Of a stretch of 39,011 nucleotides of DNA, positions 35,877-39,011 are shown in pieces. The stretch lies in the sequence record DRR378314_685; one strand, written 5' to 3'. Every line of letters begins with the position of its first letter. Position 1 is the first letter of the stretch. Both the position numbers and the translations under genes were made by a program. The notes under the pieces are model-generated. The model ran no database searches, had not been told where the DNA came from, and was given only the letters and a program-made list of their open reading frames with translations.

Positions 35877-37741
35877 GCGTGCTCGGACTTGTTTGCCTGA
35901 CCTTTGTCTGGAGCGCCGCATTGTGGGTGCTTGCGTCGGCGCTATCATCACTTAACCCGTCGCCCAAAGCTGCGCAGGCTATCTGGCGTGGTGCAGCTGC
36001 GCTGATGTTCGCGCCGTTTGTCGCGTCTGCCTTCATGCCGGGGGTTGGTCAGGTCGCGGTTCACGCCCTGCCGGATTTGCCGATGGTTGAGGCGCTGACC
36101 ATCCTGCCAGCCGCTGAATTTCAGGATGTGACACGCCCAGCATTCCGTATGCCGCACGTTTCGACGCTTGTCGTTTGGGGGCTGGTGGCAGGTTGGTGCG
36201 CTCGGGGAGTTTGTTGGGCCGTCGGCCAGTTCCGGCTTCAGCGCTTGAAGCAACGTGCGCGCGCAGTGTTACGCCCCGTGGGTCATTGGGCCGAGGCGGT
36301 TGGATTGAGCCAGGCTCCAGACGTGCGCGTCATACCCCACGGCGCCCCGTTCCTTGCGGGAATACTCCGCCCCGTGATCTACATTCCGGCTGCCCTGATT
36401 TCGAAAAGCCACACGCCGCAGATCATCGTGCATGAAATGGTGCATCTGAAGCGAGGTGATTTGCTGACCCGCCCCTTCGACCGGGTCGTGGCAGACATCT
36501 TCTGGTTCTCACCTTTTGCCTGGGCCATGCGCGAGCGGCTTGATTACTGGCGCGAAGCCATCGTGGACGAGGAGACTGCCGACCTTACCGGGGACCGTAT
36601 CGCCTATGCCCGAGCACTCACTCAAGTCGCCCGCCATGCCCGGCCTCCCATGACCCTGCCCGTTGCAGCATTCATTCTCAAAAAGGAAGGAACCCTGAAA
36701 ATGCGCCTGACACAATTATTGACGGAGACGGATCATCGGCCGAAACGCCTCGGACTGGCGGTTGCGGCAGCGCTCGCACTGGCCGCGCCACTTGCATTGG
36801 CGCAGGGCTCCCTCATCCGTGGCGCAGCCGCGCTGCCCGCAGCCACTGTCAATTACACGCACCCGATTCTCGAAAAGGCCAAGCTGACCAGCGCTTTTGG
36901 GATGCGCACACATCCGATCACAGGCGAAGAGAAGCTGCATCGTGGGATTGATCTGGCCGAAGAGGCAGGCAAGCCAATCTATGCGCCGACGTCCGCAATT
37001 GTCACGCGCGCCGAGATGACCAAGGGGTATGGCAATCTGGTCGAGATCACCGCTGGCAACACGATTCTGCGCTTTGGTCAGTTGCAGGACATCAAGGTTG
37101 CCGTTGGTCAAACCGTATCAGGCGGAACGATTATCGGAACCTTGGGCCAGTCCGGTCAGGCAACCGGCCCGCACCTGCATCTGGAAGTCTGGCGCGACGG
37201 CTCGGCTGTTGATCCGATGGCGGAAGAGGGGCTGGAACTGGCGAAAAGTCTTTTCATAACGTCAAATTCTGGTGCAAGGCTGCCGGCACCGGCGGCTGCG
37301 CCCAAAGCTCCAAAGGCCCCCGCCGCGCCACAGCCTGCTGCGGCGCCAGAAGCGCCGGAGGGGTGTGAGGCAGACAAGGTCTGGTTTACTGAGCGCGATA
37401 TGTCTCCCGAATGGCGCGAGCGTGCAGAAGCCGCCAAGCTTGCGAACAAGTCGGCCTGGTTGAATCTGGATGCCGGATGGGTGCCGACCACGGTCAAACA
37501 TCCCGCGCCGTCTTATCCTATCGATGCCGCCAAACAACATCTCAGCGGTGCGTGTCTGGTCATGTTCGATCTCGGAGTTGACGGTCTGCCAAAGAACAAG
37601 ATCGCCGAATGCTCAGACCCGGCATTCAACACCGAAGCCGTCAAACTGAACGGTGCCGTGTTTGAGCCCGTGAAGAATGAGGCCGGCAAGGCGGTTGAAG
37701 TGAAAGGCGTGACCTATCCGCTGGAATTCTGCATCGGATAA
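35873..37741 (+). CDS. BlaR1-like M56 metallopeptidase fused to an M23 peptidase and a TonB C-terminal-like domain
   Basis: TM helices; HEMVH (HExxH) and WFSPFAW...REAIVD; M23 motifs HRGID and HLHLE; Pro/Ala linker; PAPSYP...GACLVMFDL...G. ATGA overlap with the repressor. Confidence 0.85.
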   Translation: MSVLGLVCLTFVWSAALWVLASALSSLNPSPKAAQAIWRGAAALMFAPFVASAFMPGVGQVAVHALPDLPMVEALTILPAAEFQDVTRPAFRMPHVSTLVVWGLVAGWCARGVCWAVGQFRLQRLKQRARAVLRPVGHWAEAVGLSQAPDVRVIPHGAPFLAGILRPVIYIPAALISKSHTPQIIVHEMVHLKRGDLLTRPFDRVVADIFWFSPFAWAMRERLDYWREAIVDEETADLTGDRIAYARALTQVARHARPPMTLPVAAFILKKEGTLKMRLTQLLTETDHRPKRLGLAVAAALALAAPLALAQGSLIRGAAALPAATVNYTHPILEKAKLTSAFGMRTHPITGEEKLHRGIDLAEEAGKPIYAPTSAIVTRAEMTKGYGNLVEITAGNTILRFGQLQDIKVAVGQTVSGGTIIGTLGQSGQATGPHLHLEVWRDGSAVDPMAEEGLELAKSLFITSNSGARLPAPAAAPKAPKAPAAPQPAAAPEAPEGCEADKVWFTERDMSPEWRERAEAAKLANKSAWLNLDAGWVPTTVKHPAPSYPIDAAKQHLSGACLVMFDLGVDGLPKNKIAECSDPAFNTEAVKLNGAVFEPVKNEAGKAVEVKGVTYPLEFCIG

Positions 37742-37821
37742 ATTGGTGGAACTTTCCTGGCGCGCGGCGCGTCTGGTTTCGAGAAGAGACTTTTCGCGTC
37801 GCGTGTGAGGATGTTCCAGCC

Positions 37822-38337
37822 ATGTCTGCTCCAAAACCCATCGGAAAGAGCAAACCGATCATCGGTGGTGTACTGACTTTTGTCCTGTTCGGAGTACATC
37901 GTCTGTTTGTCGGGCAGATTTACTCTCGCTCAGAAGCGATGAAACTGGTCGACAGCCTTTCAGATTCGTCGCTCTATTTTGGCTCCGCCATTGCCAGTGC
38001 ATCCGCGACGATTCTGGCCCTCATGCTCACCATGCTTGGCATGATGCACAATAGCAGCGCTGACATTGGTATCTGGCTGTTCAAGCGCGTTCGAATGATT
38101 GCCTGGTTTGCGACGATCAGCTTGTGTAGCGCGGTCGCATTGCTGACCTTTTCATCCATCCCCATCGGGGAATTTGAAGACATTCCAAAGGACTGGTTCG
38201 TGATGTCTTACTATGCCATCGCAACACTGATGGCGATCCTGGCCGGGCTCTTGGTCACCAGCATTCTGCTGATCCTTGGTGCCGTCAGGTATCTTGTGAA
38301 CCGATTGGCCCCTGAAGTGCAGGAAGACGCCGACTAG
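37822..38337 (+). CDS. Hypothetical integral membrane protein
   Basis: 171 aa with about four hydrophobic helices; GAGGA RBS; its stop overlaps the prs stop (CTAG). Confidence 0.7.
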   Translation: MSAPKPIGKSKPIIGGVLTFVLFGVHRLFVGQIYSRSEAMKLVDSLSDSSLYFGSAIASASATILALMLTMLGMMHNSSADIGIWLFKRVRMIAWFATISLCSAVALLTFSSIPIGEFEDIPKDWFVMSYYAIATLMAILAGLLVTSILLILGAVRYLVNRLAPEVQEDAD

Positions 38338-39011
38338 CGATCGAACAGTTTCGAGACGCTCTCTTCATTTGCGATCCGACGAATAGCCTCACCCAGCAGA
38401 GGGGAAATTGGCAGGATGCGGATGGATTTCGACTTGATCGCATCCTCCGATGGCTGGATCGAGTCGGTCATCACCAATTCGTCCAGCACGGATTTCTCGA
38501 TCCGCTGAACAGCATTGTTCGACAGAACACCGTGAGTGACATAGGCCGCGACAGATTTCGCGCCATGCTCTTTCAGCGCCGCGGCTGCGTTCGCCAACGT
38601 GCCGCCGGAATCACACATGTCGTCGAGCATGATGCAGCGCTTGCCGGAAACGTCACCAATGATGTTCATCACTTCAGACTTACCAGCCTCCGGGCGACGT
38701 TTGTCGACAATGGCGAGGTCAGCCTCAAGCCGCTTTGCTAGGGACCGAGCACGAACCACGCCGCCAACGTCGGGAGAAACGACAATCAGATCCTTGCTGC
38801 CGTAGCGCTCCTTGATGTCATCCACCATGACCGGGCTGCCGAACAGGTTGTCGGTCGGGATGTCGAAGAAGCCCTGGATCTGCCCGGCATGCAGGTCCAC
38901 CGTCAGAACGCGGTCAGCCCCTGCGCTGCAGATCAGATTTGCTACAAGCTTTGCGGAGATCGGCGTGCGTCCGTCAGTTTTGCGGTCCTGACGGGCATAG
39001 CCGAAATAGGG
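38334..39011 (-). CDS. prs: Ribose-phosphate pyrophosphokinase (3' part; start outside window)
   Basis: Frame is open to the window edge: [41 protein letters not shown] and [10 protein letters not shown]. Confidence 0.96.
   Translation of the reverse strand, partial: PYFGYARQDRKTDGRTPISAKLVANLICSAGADRVLTVDLHAGQIQGFFDIPTDNLFGSPVMVDDIKERYGSKDLIVVSPDVGGVVRARSLAKRLEADLAIVDKRRPEAGKSEVMNIIGDVSGKRCIMLDDMCDSGGTLANAAAALKEHGAKSVAAYVTHGVLSNNAVQRIEKSVLDELVMTDSIQPSEDAIKSKSIRILPISPLLGEAIRRIANEESVSKLFDR

Noticed and set aside
1-39011. CRISPR arrays, tRNA/rRNA genes, transposases, prophage or defence genes
   Set aside because: None were recognised. Intergenic gaps are short and lack repeat-spacer or cloverleaf patterns, though small RNAs cannot be excluded without a covariance-model search.

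Overview
A GC-rich, gene-dense alphaproteobacterial chromosomal segment. Gene content and regulatory motifs suggest Caulobacterales/Hyphomonadaceae (inference). From left to right it holds: the 3' end of an FMN-binding glutamate synthase-family gene; a trehalose operon (otsA-otsB-GH15) behind an EcfG-type promoter; a circularly permuted ATP-grasp/alpha-E/transglutaminase/Anbu operon running tail-to-tail into an aspartic peptidase/7TM-transglutaminase/glutamate-ligase operon; a ~13.7 kb pfa-like (PUFA synthase-type) iterative PKS/FAS cluster (pfaD, pfaA, KR, pfaBC, PPTase); then dusA, comM (LexA box), a ShkA-like hybrid kinase, ampG, a DUF4440-like lipoprotein, a BacNav-type channel, a fasciclin protein, djlA, a BlaI/M56-M23-TonB pair, a membrane protein and the 3' part of prs. 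The main observation is that pfaA is split after its second ACP (GAT TTT TTT GGG TAG). The KR-coding frame (-1) opens exactly at the T7 run, has no start codon for ~108 codons, and a 15-position GC-rich hairpin begins 6 nt after the T_TTT_TTT heptamer. This is the architecture of a programmed -1 ribosomal frameshift giving KS-MAT-ACP2 and KS-MAT-ACP2-KR isoforms. A homopolymer sequencing error or transcriptional slippage must be excluded. No tRNA, rRNA, CRISPR array or mobile element was recognised.
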